A stretch of DNA of 64,000 bases from Chamaesiphon sp. (GCA_965246735.1 CBDFFK010000002.1:131855-195854), one strand, 5' to 3'; shown: positions 31,514-44,919, counted from the stretch's first letter. Notes: generated by a model not told the origin, from the sequence alone. Numbers and translations: made by a program.

Positions 31514-31799
31514 AACGTCAGTTCGGGAGAAGAAAATTCATTTTGCTTCGTTCTAACCCCGCCCTGAACTAGAAGTGTTTCGTTCCGAAAGGCTACGCCA
31601 ACGGGCTAATAGCTCAAGTTCGTTTCAACGAACTAACCGATGTGGCAGTTCTCGTCAGAGAACTTTTGCTGCTAGCCCTCGCTTGGTGCGCTAAACCCTC
31701 GGCAAAGCCGAGGAGCGCGCATCCGCAAATTCATTTGAGGGCGGTTCAGAAACGAAGCTAGGAGTCATTAAGTGGACATCCCTAACCCGAACTCACATT
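31514..31799. mobile_element. MITE with AAC-NNN-AGTTCGGG ends and nested hairpins
   Basis: Ends aacgtcagttcggg / cccgaactcacatt; 5-bp direct repeat AAAGT (31509-31513, 31800-31804). Confidence 0.8.
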
Positions 31800-31859
31800 A
31801 AAGTAAGTCACCAGTCGATCTAAATAATGAACCAATTATGTCCAATTAGATCGAGGTCA

Positions 31860-33956
31860 TTAATTCTCCATCCCAAATTGCCACATCATAAAAGCGAAAA
31901 TATCGGCACGCTCCTGAATCAACTGGGTTTTGGTCGAGCCAATGCCGTGCCCTGCTTCATAATCCATCCGTAGTAACACAGGTTTACCACTTGCCGATGC
32001 AGCTTGAACTCTGGCAGCAAACTTGGCTGATTGCCACGGCTCGACACGCGGATCGGTAATCCCATGCGTAATTAGCATCGCTGGATAATCGATCCCATCC
32101 CGAACGTGTAAAAATGAATCCATTTCATAGAGAGCCTGAAAACCTGCTTCAATCTCACAACTACCAAATTCAGGAATATTAGGTATACCATTAGGTGTTC
32201 TCTCAAGTCGGACTGCATTCAGACAACCTACCCGTGGAATGGCAACGGCAAACAGATCGGGACGCTCGGTAATTGCTCTACCGATTAAGATGCCGCCAGC
32301 ACTTGCACCTTCACCTGCTAGTTTGGCTGGTGAAGTATATTTTTCCTCGATTAGATATTCGGCACAGGCGATAAAATCTTTCCAGGTATTTGGTTTCGTT
32401 TGTTGAAATCCAGCTCGATACCACTCTTCACCATTCTCACCGCCACCACGCACATGCGCGATCGCAAATATCCCCCCGCGCTCGTACCAAGCACATTGAA
32501 TCTGTAGATAGAAGGGGTCGAATGAATAACCATAACCACCATAGCCCGTCAACAAACAGGGATTTGAACCATCTAGTTTCATCCCTTTTTTGTGAATGAT
32601 TGACAGTGGTACCATCGTGCCATCATGAGATTTGACCGTTACTTCTGTCGCAACTAAATCGTGGGGAGCATAATATTTACCCTTAGGCTGCAATTCTAAA
32701 TCGGCCAATAAATCGATCGTGGGATTGTATTCATAGTGGCTCTCACATTTTGTCCAAGTTTTGATGCTGATGAGAATTCCATCTGCAAGAGGGTCATTTT
32801 TCAGGAAATTGACAGCTCCATCAGATGGTAGTTTTAGGTAATCTACTTTACCATCATAAGTAATCCGAATTAACTTACCAATTCCGTTTTTTGTAGCGAT
32901 CGCATACAACGCATCATTAGCCGCAAATATACTCCTGACGATTGAATCACCGTCAGCCAACACGGTTTTAGCAGCAGCTAGATCGGGATTAGTCAAGAAA
33001 GTTTTGATAATCTTGAAACGAGCGGCATTCTTAGAAGTTCGTAAATATAGATCTGATCCATGTGCCGTAAAACTCTTAACTTCATCAGCAGCATCACAAA
33101 TTTTTATCCATTTTGGTGCATTTTGGCTGAGTGAATTGATCGTTGAAACATAAGCATCGATATTTCGCTGCGTCCCATTGAAGATAACCGCGATCGCATA
33201 GCCAGACGATACGCAGGTAATACATGGCCAAACAGTCGGCGAAGTATCTTCTAATGGTGCGCTTCCATGCTGGAGGACAACTCGATCCTGTTCTAGTTCT
33301 GTACCCAGCCGATGCCAATAGGTTTGACTGTTTTGGTATCTTTCGATCGCCGCGATTCCTTCTTTCATCTCTTGGAGTCGATGATAGAAAAACGATCGGT
33401 TATCGGGCAACCAGCAAGTTGATTCAACCGTCCGCGAAATCGGTACATCGATGTCCTGTAATGTTTGAGTGTCCAGCACATAGAGCGAAGCATCTTCTGA
33501 ACCGTTGGCGGAAACTAAGTAGATGACATATTTGCCATCCCCTGATGGGTTAAATGTATTAATAGCGTGAGTACTGCCAGTCTCCTGGCGAAATCTGTCG
33601 GGATCTACCAATAAAATTTCTGGACTATCCAGACTCGATCGCATATGGAGTTTGGCGACATCATCTTGTGAATCGATCTTGAGATAGAAAATGTTGCCAT
33701 TAGCTAGCCGCCGGATGCCATATACCTTGGCGGGAACCGAAGCATCTAATTCCCTCATGCGATCGACAAAAGCATCGCGTCCTGGCAGTTGTGATAGAGT
33801 CTCGATCGTATAGTCAGCCGTAGCTCTTACCCACTGTTGTACTGATGGATCCTTGAAGTTTTCCATGTAGCGATAGTTATCTACTACATCTGTACCGAAG
33901 TAATTATCGATAACTGGTTCGATCGGTGCAATGGGTTGGTTGTTTATTTCAGTCAT
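31860..33956 (-). CDS. Prolyl oligopeptidase (S9A)
   Basis: DNYRYME, RGGGENG, GASAGG nucleophile, DPRV, AGHG triad motifs. Confidence 0.95.
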   Translation of the reverse strand: MTEINNQPIAPIEPVIDNYFGTDVVDNYRYMENFKDPSVQQWVRATADYTIETLSQLPGRDAFVDRMRELDASVPAKVYGIRRLANGNIFYLKIDSQDDVAKLHMRSSLDSPEILLVDPDRFRQETGSTHAINTFNPSGDGKYVIYLVSANGSEDASLYVLDTQTLQDIDVPISRTVESTCWLPDNRSFFYHRLQEMKEGIAAIERYQNSQTYWHRLGTELEQDRVVLQHGSAPLEDTSPTVWPCITCVSSGYAIAVIFNGTQRNIDAYVSTINSLSQNAPKWIKICDAADEVKSFTAHGSDLYLRTSKNAARFKIIKTFLTNPDLAAAKTVLADGDSIVRSIFAANDALYAIATKNGIGKLIRITYDGKVDYLKLPSDGAVNFLKNDPLADGILISIKTWTKCESHYEYNPTIDLLADLELQPKGKYYAPHDLVATEVTVKSHDGTMVPLSIIHKKGMKLDGSNPCLLTGYGGYGYSFDPFYLQIQCAWYERGGIFAIAHVRGGGENGEEWYRAGFQQTKPNTWKDFIACAEYLIEEKYTSPAKLAGEGASAGGILIGRAITERPDLFAVAIPRVGCLNAVRLERTPNGIPNIPEFGSCEIEAGFQALYEMDSFLHVRDGIDYPAMLITHGITDPRVEPWQSAKFAARVQAASASGKPVLLRMDYEAGHGIGSTKTQLIQERADIFAFMMWQFGMEN

Positions 33957-34126
33957 GTAGACACCTTAAATTTAGAGATTGGTAAATCGTTTGGTTCAGA
34001 TAGAGTGATAACAAATCCTAATACTGGTCGCTCCAAACACAGGTGATTTATCGTCTTACCACGGACATTCCATCACAGCTTGAAAGTGAGTCTGAGCAGT
34101 CATAATCTCGCTCGAGATTTAGATAT

Positions 34127-35314
34127 TTAAAACTTTTTTAATTCATCATCGATCGCTTGGAGCTTAGCAAAATTACAATTTTCTACCGCTCGATCGGCAT
34201 CATCTTGACTTTGAAGATAATTTTGCCATGCAGCAGGTGCAACTAGATAATTACCCAATTTATCCGCGACTGCTGTGGCGAGTTCGGAATTGGGGAAAAA
34301 GCATTCAAACATCTTCGCGCAACTTTCAGCAGTCAGATAACCTAGCTCGAATTCGCGATCGCACCTACCGGGGCGAATTAGGGCAGGGTCGAGCAGTTCG
34401 CGATGATTGGTAGTTAGGATAGCGATGCTGCCTTCGACTGCGCCTGCGCCGTCTAGGGTATTGAGCAGAGCGCTAAATGAGAGCGCGCCCAAGGAACGGC
34501 GACCCTCGAAGACGCTATCGATATCTTCGAGTGCGATAACAGAAGTAGCGGTAATTTCCGACCAAGCGCGGAGCAGCGCACTATCGTCCATATCGGTCAG
34601 GGAGAGCGATACGAGCTGCCGATCGTAATGACTGGCGATCGCTTGAATCAGCGAGCTTTTGCCCGTACCTGGGGGGCCATAGAGGAGATATCCGCGTCGC
34701 CAGGGAATCCCCCGTTGACGATAAATATCCCGACTTTTTAAAAACCGATCGAGATCGGTAAAGAGTTCGCTTTCTACCTTTGCATCGATGGCTAAAGTTT
34801 CGCGACGGCGTTTGGTTTGGGTACGCACGATCGAAATCGTCCCGCCGATCAGCCGGACTGTGAGCGGTGCTTCAAGATTGTAATTTGCTTCCAGCGCCGA
34901 GAGCCATGCCAACATCTGCGGTTGCCAAGAGCGTAATGTCACGAGCGTGATTAACTGGGTATTTTGTAAATCGGTAACTTTGAAATCATGACGGCGAATT
35001 GCCAAATATGCACCTTTGTAACTCAAGCCAATCCAGCCATTGCGCGGTTGCAGCCTGGTTTTTAGCGTTGGTGACTCGATCGCGGGTGGGACTAGTGGTG
35101 TAGCTGTGTAAATTAATTCGCTAAAATTATAAACTTTACCCGTCCGTTCTAGCTCCCAACAGACAGCACTATAAATCGGATTGGTATCCGCAATCGTCAC
35201 CTGACAAGCCAATCGTTGCAATCCAAATTGAATCGCCATCTTGAGCAAGTCGCCCCCATAGCGCAAAACAACACCGCCAAGAAATAACCAAATCGGATTG
35301 AGACTATCGAACAT
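34127..35314 (-). CDS. Bcs1-like AAA ATPase
   Basis: N-terminal TM, RGIPWRRGYLLYGPPGTGKSS, LEDID, FSALLNTLDG, TTNH...LDPALIRPGR. Confidence 0.85.
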   Translation of the reverse strand: MFDSLNPIWLFLGGVVLRYGGDLLKMAIQFGLQRLACQVTIADTNPIYSAVCWELERTGKVYNFSELIYTATPLVPPAIESPTLKTRLQPRNGWIGLSYKGAYLAIRRHDFKVTDLQNTQLITLVTLRSWQPQMLAWLSALEANYNLEAPLTVRLIGGTISIVRTQTKRRRETLAIDAKVESELFTDLDRFLKSRDIYRQRGIPWRRGYLLYGPPGTGKSSLIQAIASHYDRQLVSLSLTDMDDSALLRAWSEITATSVIALEDIDSVFEGRRSLGALSFSALLNTLDGAGAVEGSIAILTTNHRELLDPALIRPGRCDREFELGYLTAESCAKMFECFFPNSELATAVADKLGNYLVAPAAWQNYLQSQDDADRAVENCNFAKLQAIDDELKKF

Positions 35315-36008
35315 GGGGAAAGTGGATGTAGTTTAAAGACTAGAACTTTGAGGCTAATTGCGTCGGTTGGAGATGACATTGCGGAGGATCGACTAACCCA
35401 GCCCGATAAAGCAAACGCCGATCGCGAGCCATAGCGCTGTTAAAATGAGTTTTCATTAAGGTTTAATATCTTCGATCGATCTACGGCACATAATATATTA
35501 ACCTTCAACGATCGAGCTTCAGCTGTCTATGCAATACTCCTACTGCGAAAGTATCAAGAGATCGACCCTATCGGCTCAGCTACAGGAAACCTATCGGGAG
35601 CATCTCACTTTTTATTAGTTGTTTGTAGAATAAAGTATCCAGAACCAGTTCCCAATCGAATGAGGTACATTTACTAGCCACTAGCCACCAGCCACTAGCC
35701 ACTAAAACCACTAATAATGCCCTTCACTAGGATGAGAACTGCTATATAACGTTGCCAGTAGATACAAAGATGCTAAGGACAACATCGATCTCACATTCCG
35801 CTGTTTCGATCGTCTAAAAAATAATTAAAGCAAGAATCCTTGCCTAGCGACACTTGTCGCCAATCGATCGGGTTTGAGCGTTCGATCGAGTATTGTCATC
35901 AACCTTGACTTATTGAGAATCGATCGAGAATAAATTGCTACAATCCCTATTGCCTCGTTTTAATTATTTTTCGACCGCTTGGACTAGCCGAATGTGGGTT
36001 GATATCGA

Positions 36009-37493
36009 TTAACTGTTGAGCTTTTTACCTAAGATTTGATTGGCCAATTTAGGTTCGGCACGTCCGCTTGTTTGTCTCATCAATTGACCGACAAAGAAAC
36101 CTAAGAGTTTAGTTTTACCGGCTTTGTATTGTTCCAATTCTTTGGGATTGGCAGCAATAATTTCGTCGATAATTTTTTCTAATTCGGCAGGATCGGAAAT
36201 CGAGATCAGACCTTTGCTTTCTACGAGTTCTTTAACGGAACCGCCGCGATCGAACAGTTCGGGCAGAATTTCTTTAGCGATTTTACCGCTAATGGTGCCA
36301 TTGTCGATCAGGCCGATTAATTCTGCCAGAATCGTGGGAGTGAGTGCGATCTCTTGTACGCCGATTTTTTGATTTTTTAGGTAGGCGGTAATGTCGCCCA
36401 TGACCCAGTTTGCCGCTTGCTTGATATCCGCACCAGCGGTAATTGCTGCTTCGAGGTATTCAGCGATCGAGCGATCGTCTGTCAAGACGCGGGTATCGTA
36501 GGCAGATAAACCGAGTTCGTCTTGGTAGCGGTGGCGCTTGGCGATGGGTAGTTCGGGTAATTCAGCATTCCAGGCTGCCTTTTGACTATCTGCCAATACC
36601 ATTGGGGTTAAGTCAGGTTCGGGGAAGTAACGATAATCGCTGGAACCTTCCTTGCTCCGCATACTAATCGTGCGTTGGGTGCCTTCTTCCCACAGGCGAG
36701 TTTCTTGGAAGATTGGCTCGCTATTGCCGATTGCGGTAATTTGCCGATCGATCTCATAATCGATCGCGCGTTGAATGGCACTGAACGAGTTCATATTCTT
36801 GATCTCTACCTTCGTCCCAAACTCCACTCGTCCCACTGGACGAACGGAAATATTCACATCGCAGCGGAGGGAACCTTCCTGCATGTTGCCATCGCCAACG
36901 CCCAAATAACGGATGATGCGGCGAATTTCTTGGGCGTATTCAGCTGCTTCGATCCCACTCCGAAGATCGGGTTCGGAGACGATTTCGACGAGAGGAACGC
37001 CAGTGCGATTGTAGTCTACCAGCGAGTAACTCGAACCAGCTAATCTGTCACTACCACCGTGAACTAGTTTCCCGGCATCTTCTTCCATGTGCATCCGCGT
37101 GATGCCGATTTTTTTGCGGGTAGGGATGCCAGCTTCGTCGAGGATTTCGATTTCTACCCAGCCGTGTTCGGCGATGGGTAAGTCAAATTGGGTGATTTGG
37201 TAATTTTTCGGTAAGTCGGGATAGAAATATTGCTTGCGATCGAACTTACTATAAGCAGCAATCTGGCAATTGAGCGCCAAGCCAGCTTTGACGGCGTATT
37301 CGAGGACTTTCTCATTCAGGACGGGTAATACCCCAGGCATCGCCGTACAGACGGGACAGATATTATGATTGGGAGTAGAACCAAATTCAGTCGAACAGTT
37401 ACAAAAAATTTTGGTAGCAGTATTGAGTTGACAGTGAGTTTCTAACCCAATGACGGCTTCATATTGGATTTTAGTCGGGGTAGCTACGGTCAT
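36009..37493 (-). CDS. gatB: Asp/Glu-tRNA amidotransferase subunit B
   Basis: [31 protein letters not shown]; start placed at MTVAT. Confidence 0.97.
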   Translation of the reverse strand: MTVATPTKIQYEAVIGLETHCQLNTATKIFCNCSTEFGSTPNHNICPVCTAMPGVLPVLNEKVLEYAVKAGLALNCQIAAYSKFDRKQYFYPDLPKNYQITQFDLPIAEHGWVEIEILDEAGIPTRKKIGITRMHMEEDAGKLVHGGSDRLAGSSYSLVDYNRTGVPLVEIVSEPDLRSGIEAAEYAQEIRRIIRYLGVGDGNMQEGSLRCDVNISVRPVGRVEFGTKVEIKNMNSFSAIQRAIDYEIDRQITAIGNSEPIFQETRLWEEGTQRTISMRSKEGSSDYRYFPEPDLTPMVLADSQKAAWNAELPELPIAKRHRYQDELGLSAYDTRVLTDDRSIAEYLEAAITAGADIKQAANWVMGDITAYLKNQKIGVQEIALTPTILAELIGLIDNGTISGKIAKEILPELFDRGGSVKELVESKGLISISDPAELEKIIDEIIAANPKELEQYKAGKTKLLGFFVGQLMRQTSGRAEPKLANQILGKKLNS

Positions 37494-37631
37494 GCGACTA
37501 TAAAAAATTAATGTGGAGCGGAATATTCTCTCATTGTATCGCGACGCGCGTAGAGCGTCGCAACTTGGCGAGCGAACCGATCTGGGTCGGGGGTATTTCT
37601 GATAAGATCGATAACGATCGAGGTAACTAAC

Positions 37632-38465
37632 ATGAACATCATCGTGGGCGAAAATAAGTTTGTTAATTTTATTAATCGATGGTTGAGTTCGATGGCTCGA
37701 CAATTGACGATCGTCGTTAGACAACGTGCAAGCTGGCGATTTGTCTTGGCAATCGCGCTCGCTTTCGCACTATCTGGTTGTGTTAAATATGAAACTGGAA
37801 TCAATTTTTATAGTCTCAATCATGGCGAAATTATCGAGCATATTCAGCTCGGCGAAGAGTTAAATAGTTTCAATCGAGATGCCGTTCGTTCGTGGCTGGC
37901 AAGTATCGAGCAACGTACCAATCGCGCAGCAGGTCGGATCGAGCGAGTTAGCGATCGCGAACTCACAGTCATCATTCCGTTTCATAACGCTCGGGAACTA
38001 GTTACTAAAATAAATCGATACTTTAATCCGGAGCCGACACCTCCAGAAACTCGATCTCAATTCAACTCGCAACTTTGGCTCGAGCAAAATAATTTCTTCC
38101 TGGTAGTCCGAAATCATCTCACTTATGACATCGATCTGCGTTCGCTAGCTGTTAAATCGATCGATCCGAATGTGGCAATTACTGCAGTAAATTCTGTCGA
38201 TTTAGATTTTAGCTTGAGCAGTCCTTGGGGCATAAAAAGTAGCGATCGAGCGACCGATATCGTGGGTACTAAAAATGTAACCGATCGTCAGATAAATTGG
38301 CAACTCCAGCCAGGAAAATTAAATCATATCGATGCGGTTTTTTGGTTGCCAAATCCCTTGGGGATTGGTGCGCTCTTAATTATTTTATTCAGCCTGGGTG
38401 CCTACTATCTTAAATATCGGCAACTTCCTTTTCAGCTATCGGTCGAATCAGCGCGAACTTCGTAA
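37632..38465 (+). CDS. DUF3153 lipoprotein-like protein
   Basis: Lipobox-like [28 protein letters not shown] plus C-terminal TM. Confidence 0.78.
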   Translation: MNIIVGENKFVNFINRWLSSMARQLTIVVRQRASWRFVLAIALAFALSGCVKYETGINFYSLNHGEIIEHIQLGEELNSFNRDAVRSWLASIEQRTNRAAGRIERVSDRELTVIIPFHNARELVTKINRYFNPEPTPPETRSQFNSQLWLEQNNFFLVVRNHLTYDIDLRSLAVKSIDPNVAITAVNSVDLDFSLSSPWGIKSSDRATDIVGTKNVTDRQINWQLQPGKLNHIDAVFWLPNPLGIGALLIILFSLGAYYLKYRQLPFQLSVESARTS

Positions 38466-38554
38466 CCGATCGACTACACCAATTGCGCCAGTTGTGGGCA
38501 TACTTGCACCTGTCAAGCTCTATTGACAACTTTATAAAGATAATTAAGCGATCG

Positions 38555-39991
38555 ATGTTATTAGATCTAGACAATAAGCAGAATAAAAAGCTGGCAATTT
38601 GGGGGATGCTGACTGTCTTTTTAGTGTCGATCGCCTTAAGATTTTGGGGATTAGATCGATTTAATGTATTTGTCTTCGATGAAGTTTACTATGCAAAATT
38701 TGCTAATAATTATCTTACTAATACCAAATTCTTCAACTCTCACCCACCACTAAGTCAATATTTAATTGCGATCGGTATTTGGATTGGGGATATGTTACCG
38801 ATCGGTCGAGAGACTACCAACGACCTCACCGGATCGATCCGTTCGACGTTTAGTTATCGGTGGATGAATGCCTTATTTGGTTCGTTAATTCCGCCGTTAG
38901 TAGCCGCGATCGCTTATCAACTTACGCAGCGATTGAGCTTTGCATTTTTGGCAGCTTTATTTATTAGTTTAGACGGTTTATTTCTCGTTGATTCTCGCTA
39001 CGCACTCAATAATATCTATTTAATATTTTTTGGATTACTCGGCCAATTTCTCGTACTAATTGCTAGTAGAAGTAATGGTAGACGGCAACTATTATTTATG
39101 GTCGGTGCGGGGACTTCTTTTGGTGCATCAGCCGCCTGTAAGTGGAATGGATTATCATTCTTACTAGGTATCTATCTACTGTTAGCAATAGCTAGAATCT
39201 TACGCGGAATAGTATCAAAAGATGTAGTACTCAAAGAGCAATTATTACTCGTTCGCAGTACAGATCGAGACTGGAATTTTCCCGACTCCATCTTGATTAG
39301 ACTATCGAGTATCGATTTGTTTAAAATATTTGCGACATTAGTAATTATCCCGCCAATCGCTTACAGTCTGTTATGGATTCCACACCTCATTCAAAATCCC
39401 ACGCCCAATTTTCTAGACGTACAATGGTCGATTTTAAATTATCACGAGCACGTCGGTAACGGTCGCGATATCCATCCTTATTGCTCCAACTGGTATACTT
39501 GGCCGTTACTTTTTCGTCCCTTAGCTTACTATTTCAAAGAATACAAGCCAAATTATTATTATGACGTGCATGCAATGGGCAATCCACTGTTATGGTGGTT
39601 GGCATTAGTTACAGTTTTTGTCTCACTTTGGTCGATTATCAAAGAGTCAGTTCGCAGCTCGACACGGGAACTAAACGTTCAGGCAATAAGTGTGCCGATA
39701 TTTATCGCGATTAACTATGCTGTAAACTTACTGCCATGGCTAAAAGTTACCCGTTGCTTGTTTATTTACCATTATATGGGTGCCGTCTTATTTGCGATCG
39801 TCGGTTTAGCTTGGTGGGTAGATATATGGTTACGAAGCAGTTCTAAACTTTTACAGATCGTTGGGTTGACAACAATCTTCGGCGTTGCTGCGGCGTTTGT
39901 ATTTTGGCTGCCGATTTATTTAGGATTATCGATCGAAAAAACAGATTTAAGTCTTCGATTGTGGAATTTTTGGTTGTTTGATTGGATCTAG
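38555..39991 (+). CDS. PMT-family (lipid-carrier-dependent) glycosyltransferase
   Basis: FDEVYY, HPPL, DSRYALNNIYL, KWNG, FIYHY; multi-TM. Start uncertain (38483 alternative). Confidence 0.88.
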   Translation: MLLDLDNKQNKKLAIWGMLTVFLVSIALRFWGLDRFNVFVFDEVYYAKFANNYLTNTKFFNSHPPLSQYLIAIGIWIGDMLPIGRETTNDLTGSIRSTFSYRWMNALFGSLIPPLVAAIAYQLTQRLSFAFLAALFISLDGLFLVDSRYALNNIYLIFFGLLGQFLVLIASRSNGRRQLLFMVGAGTSFGASAACKWNGLSFLLGIYLLLAIARILRGIVSKDVVLKEQLLLVRSTDRDWNFPDSILIRLSSIDLFKIFATLVIIPPIAYSLLWIPHLIQNPTPNFLDVQWSILNYHEHVGNGRDIHPYCSNWYTWPLLFRPLAYYFKEYKPNYYYDVHAMGNPLLWWLALVTVFVSLWSIIKESVRSSTRELNVQAISVPIFIAINYAVNLLPWLKVTRCLFIYHYMGAVLFAIVGLAWWVDIWLRSSSKLLQIVGLTTIFGVAAAFVFWLPIYLGLSIEKTDLSLRLWNFWLFDWI

Positions 39992-40326
39992 AGGATATCT
40001 AAATCGATAATTGTTTTTCAGCTATCCTCTACACACCTGATAATTCGATTATTCACGACCGAGACGATAACATCGATGTTTACACCAAGCTGTTTGACAG
40101 CGATAAGGATATACAAATAATATAGATAATATCTTATCTAGTCTTTTGCTACGTCTAGATCGAATCAGCAAACCATCACATTTTGCACACTTGCGAATGG
40201 TAGTCGAGAGCAGAAATCGGGGGGCCATCTATGTCATCTGTATTAATGAGAATAGCTTGAAAGATATCATAAGATTCGATCGATTACAACTACCAGTCAC
40301 AGCTCGGCAGATAGTAAAATTACTAA

Positions 40327-41634
40327 TTAAATCTTTACTCCTCGGATAGCAAAATCTAGTAACTCGATCGGGTGGAGGATTTTAGTCTGATGTCCTTGCA
40401 ACTCCAGATGTTTAGCAATCTGTAACGTGCAGCCAGGATTGGCTGAAGCAATAATTGTCGCTCCAGTAGCTACCAAGTTGGCTACTTTTTGTCTACCCAA
40501 TTCATTCGCTGTTTCTGGTTGCAGCATATTGTATACACCAGCGCTACCACAACACAACGCAGCATCTAGTGGCTCTGTAAGTTGAATATTGGGGATTTGG
40601 TTGAGGAGTTTACGAGGTTGGATGCTAATTTTTTGCCCGTGTAATAAGTGACAAGCATCTTGATAAACTAATGTAAGTCGTTCGCTAGAAATCGGTAATA
40701 ACTCAGTAGTTAATTCGATCTCAGCCAGAAATTCCTGGACATCTTTAACTTTTGCGGAAAAATCGATCGCTTGTTGGTGATATTCAGGATCGTCTCGCAG
40801 CAATTCGCCATATTCTTTTAATGTATGTCCACAACCTGCAGCGTTGATAATAATCACATCGACATTAGTATCGGCAAAATTATCGATCGTCTGTCTGGCA
40901 AGAGTTTTTGCTTGTTCTTCTTGCCCTTGATGATGTGGTAGTGCCGCACAACAACCTTGCGGTTGCGGGATGACAATCTCACAACCATTAGCAGTTAGGA
41001 CTCTAACTGTAGCTTGATTGACGCGATCGAAAAATAACCGCTGAACGCACCCTAAAATCATCCCCACTCGATATCTTTTAGTCCCCTGTGCGGCAATTAA
41101 TTCGGGGAGTGTATCTTGAAACGTACTGAGGGATAATTCGGGGAGATTTGATTCCATCCCCGCTAAATGTGGCGATATTTTTTCAACTATCCCAGTCTGG
41201 CGGACGAGTTTTTGTAATCCGAGTTTCTGGTAGACAAATAGCGGAATTAGCAGCCATCGCAGGCGATTGGGGTAAGGAAACAGCCCAAAAATGAATTGTC
41301 GATACAATCGTTCTACGAGCGGACGGTGATGATTGCGTTCGATTTGTGGACGCATCGACGCGATCAGCTTGTCATACTGCACTCCTGACGGGCAAGTCGT
41401 CGTACAAGCCAGACAACCCAAACAACTATCAAAATGACTCACAACCGCAGGAGTCAGGTCGATTTCGCCCTTGTTGAGAGCATCCATCATATACACTCTC
41501 CCCCGTGGCGAATCCATTTCCGTACCCAACACACGGTAACTAGGACATGTAGAAAGACAAAAGCCACAATGTACGCAAGCATCGATCAGCTTGGGTTCGG
41601 GTGGATGTTCGGTATCGAGGGTGGGTGATTGCAT
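40327..41634 (-). CDS. glcF: Glycolate oxidase iron-sulfur subunit
   Basis: Two 4Fe-4S motifs (CVHCGFCLSTCP, CLGCLACTTTCP) and two CCG domains. Confidence 0.9.
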   Translation of the reverse strand: MQSPTLDTEHPPEPKLIDACVHCGFCLSTCPSYRVLGTEMDSPRGRVYMMDALNKGEIDLTPAVVSHFDSCLGCLACTTTCPSGVQYDKLIASMRPQIERNHHRPLVERLYRQFIFGLFPYPNRLRWLLIPLFVYQKLGLQKLVRQTGIVEKISPHLAGMESNLPELSLSTFQDTLPELIAAQGTKRYRVGMILGCVQRLFFDRVNQATVRVLTANGCEIVIPQPQGCCAALPHHQGQEEQAKTLARQTIDNFADTNVDVIIINAAGCGHTLKEYGELLRDDPEYHQQAIDFSAKVKDVQEFLAEIELTTELLPISSERLTLVYQDACHLLHGQKISIQPRKLLNQIPNIQLTEPLDAALCCGSAGVYNMLQPETANELGRQKVANLVATGATIIASANPGCTLQIAKHLELQGHQTKILHPIELLDFAIRGVKI

Positions 41635-41748
41635 TGTTACTATTTACTCCCCTCCTCGGAGGGGCTGCGGGGTGGGTGCCGAACTGGAATGATTTTGGAT
41701 ACTCAGGAGTTCTATCTTATCGTCGATCGACAGTCAAGGGCGCTGGGT

Positions 41749-42585
41749 TTATGAATATTGAAGTTCTTTCCATAACTTGTCCACAAAACTCTCAAGTTCA
41801 GCCACTTCATAATGGTTTGAACCAATATCGAACAAATATTTCATAAACTGGATACTCACAGATTGAAAGGATAGCAACGGCTGAATTTTTGTGATTTCTT
41901 TAGCTCGTTGTCTTTGTTGGGCTTTAGATAATATTGATGTCTGGAGACTCTTGAGTACACGCTGATACTCATATTCTGCTTCAAGTCGAATTAACTCGCA
42001 ATCATCGTGACGTAATGCTTCTGCCCATTGCACTATGCCATCATCGATCGTCTCACCGATTGGAGCTATCCTGCTTACTGCTGCCCAGCGGGTGAGATAG
42101 CTAGAATTACTAGTTGCCATCGATTCAATACACTGCTCCAGATCTTCTACTCCCAACCACTGCATCTCACACAGCAGTCGATCGAGTAATAATGGATTGG
42201 AGTCACGAAATAGATCGAATGCCCGGTGCAAAGCATATTTACTCTTATAGCTACAAGTTTTACCCAGCGTATAAATAACTTCTAACTGCGTAAAATAGTT
42301 ATCGCTAAAGAGCAATTTCTCCAAAGTTTTGACGATCGTTGAATCTGAGAAATACTCGCGAAATGCAGTGCAATCGTTACTGTGTCTGCCCATTAACATC
42401 GTATCCCTCAAAAATAATCCTGTCATACCGATCGTCTCGAAATCTTCAGATCTCAGTAGTTCGCAAATTAAATCGCAAATTTCTGGTAACGGCAATGCAG
42501 TAACGATCTCCGCTATATAATCGCTATTTTCAAATCCATCATCGAGATATCGTAATATCCGCAATTCGATCTCATCATTCTGCAT
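41749..42585 (-). CDS. Hypothetical protein, HEAT/ARM-like helical repeats
   Basis: 278-aa ORF; segments such as EVIYTLGK, TRWAAV, ALRHDDCELIRLEA. Confidence 0.65.
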   Translation of the reverse strand: MQNDEIELRILRYLDDGFENSDYIAEIVTALPLPEICDLICELLRSEDFETIGMTGLFLRDTMLMGRHSNDCTAFREYFSDSTIVKTLEKLLFSDNYFTQLEVIYTLGKTCSYKSKYALHRAFDLFRDSNPLLLDRLLCEMQWLGVEDLEQCIESMATSNSSYLTRWAAVSRIAPIGETIDDGIVQWAEALRHDDCELIRLEAEYEYQRVLKSLQTSILSKAQQRQRAKEITKIQPLLSFQSVSIQFMKYLFDIGSNHYEVAELESFVDKLWKELQYS

Positions 42586-42874
42586 AATTATGTCCGAATC
42601 TCAGTCGATATCTTTAATCGGTTGACAGTGATAGAGCCGATATTCATAACCATAGATCCCATCCGTAAACTTTTTATCGACCTCACAAGTCGGGGGTAAA
42701 TTCATCGGCGCATAAATATTAATTGCCCACAGATCGATCGGGTGTGAAATCCGATCGATCTGTGGGCGTAAAATCTTGGTAGGTGGACAGTCGCACTCGC
42801 AAAATCGCTGCAATTGATGTCGCCACAAATTCGCCGATTGCTAACGTCCCAATATTGGTGAGGGAGTTTCCCGC

Positions 42875-42961
42875 CGATACAACTGCGACAAGACAGCCAG
42901 ACAAGACACAATCAGCGCCGGGACTCGAAATCAGCAAATATCCTTAACCCGAACTCACGTT
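42875..42961 (-). repeat. One-ended copy of the AGTTCGGG family with TGTCTTG motifs
   Basis: aatatccttaacccgaactcacgtt end; caagaca twice. Confidence 0.6.
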
Positions 42962-43038
42962 GAGTTTAGATCGATGCGATCGAAACCCCAACCAGCAGGG
43001 AGCGATCGCGCAATCGACACTGGGAGCGCGCTTTATCG

Positions 43039-44919
<1,881 letters not shown>

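Noticed and set aside
35320-36000. Hidden gene in the 700-bp gap between the Bcs1-like gene and gatB
   Set aside because: Only short ORF fragments and a heptamer tract; nothing supportable.
37494-37724. 77-aa N-terminal extension of GatB
   Set aside because: Overlaps the divergent DUF3153 gene; family similarity begins at MTVAT.
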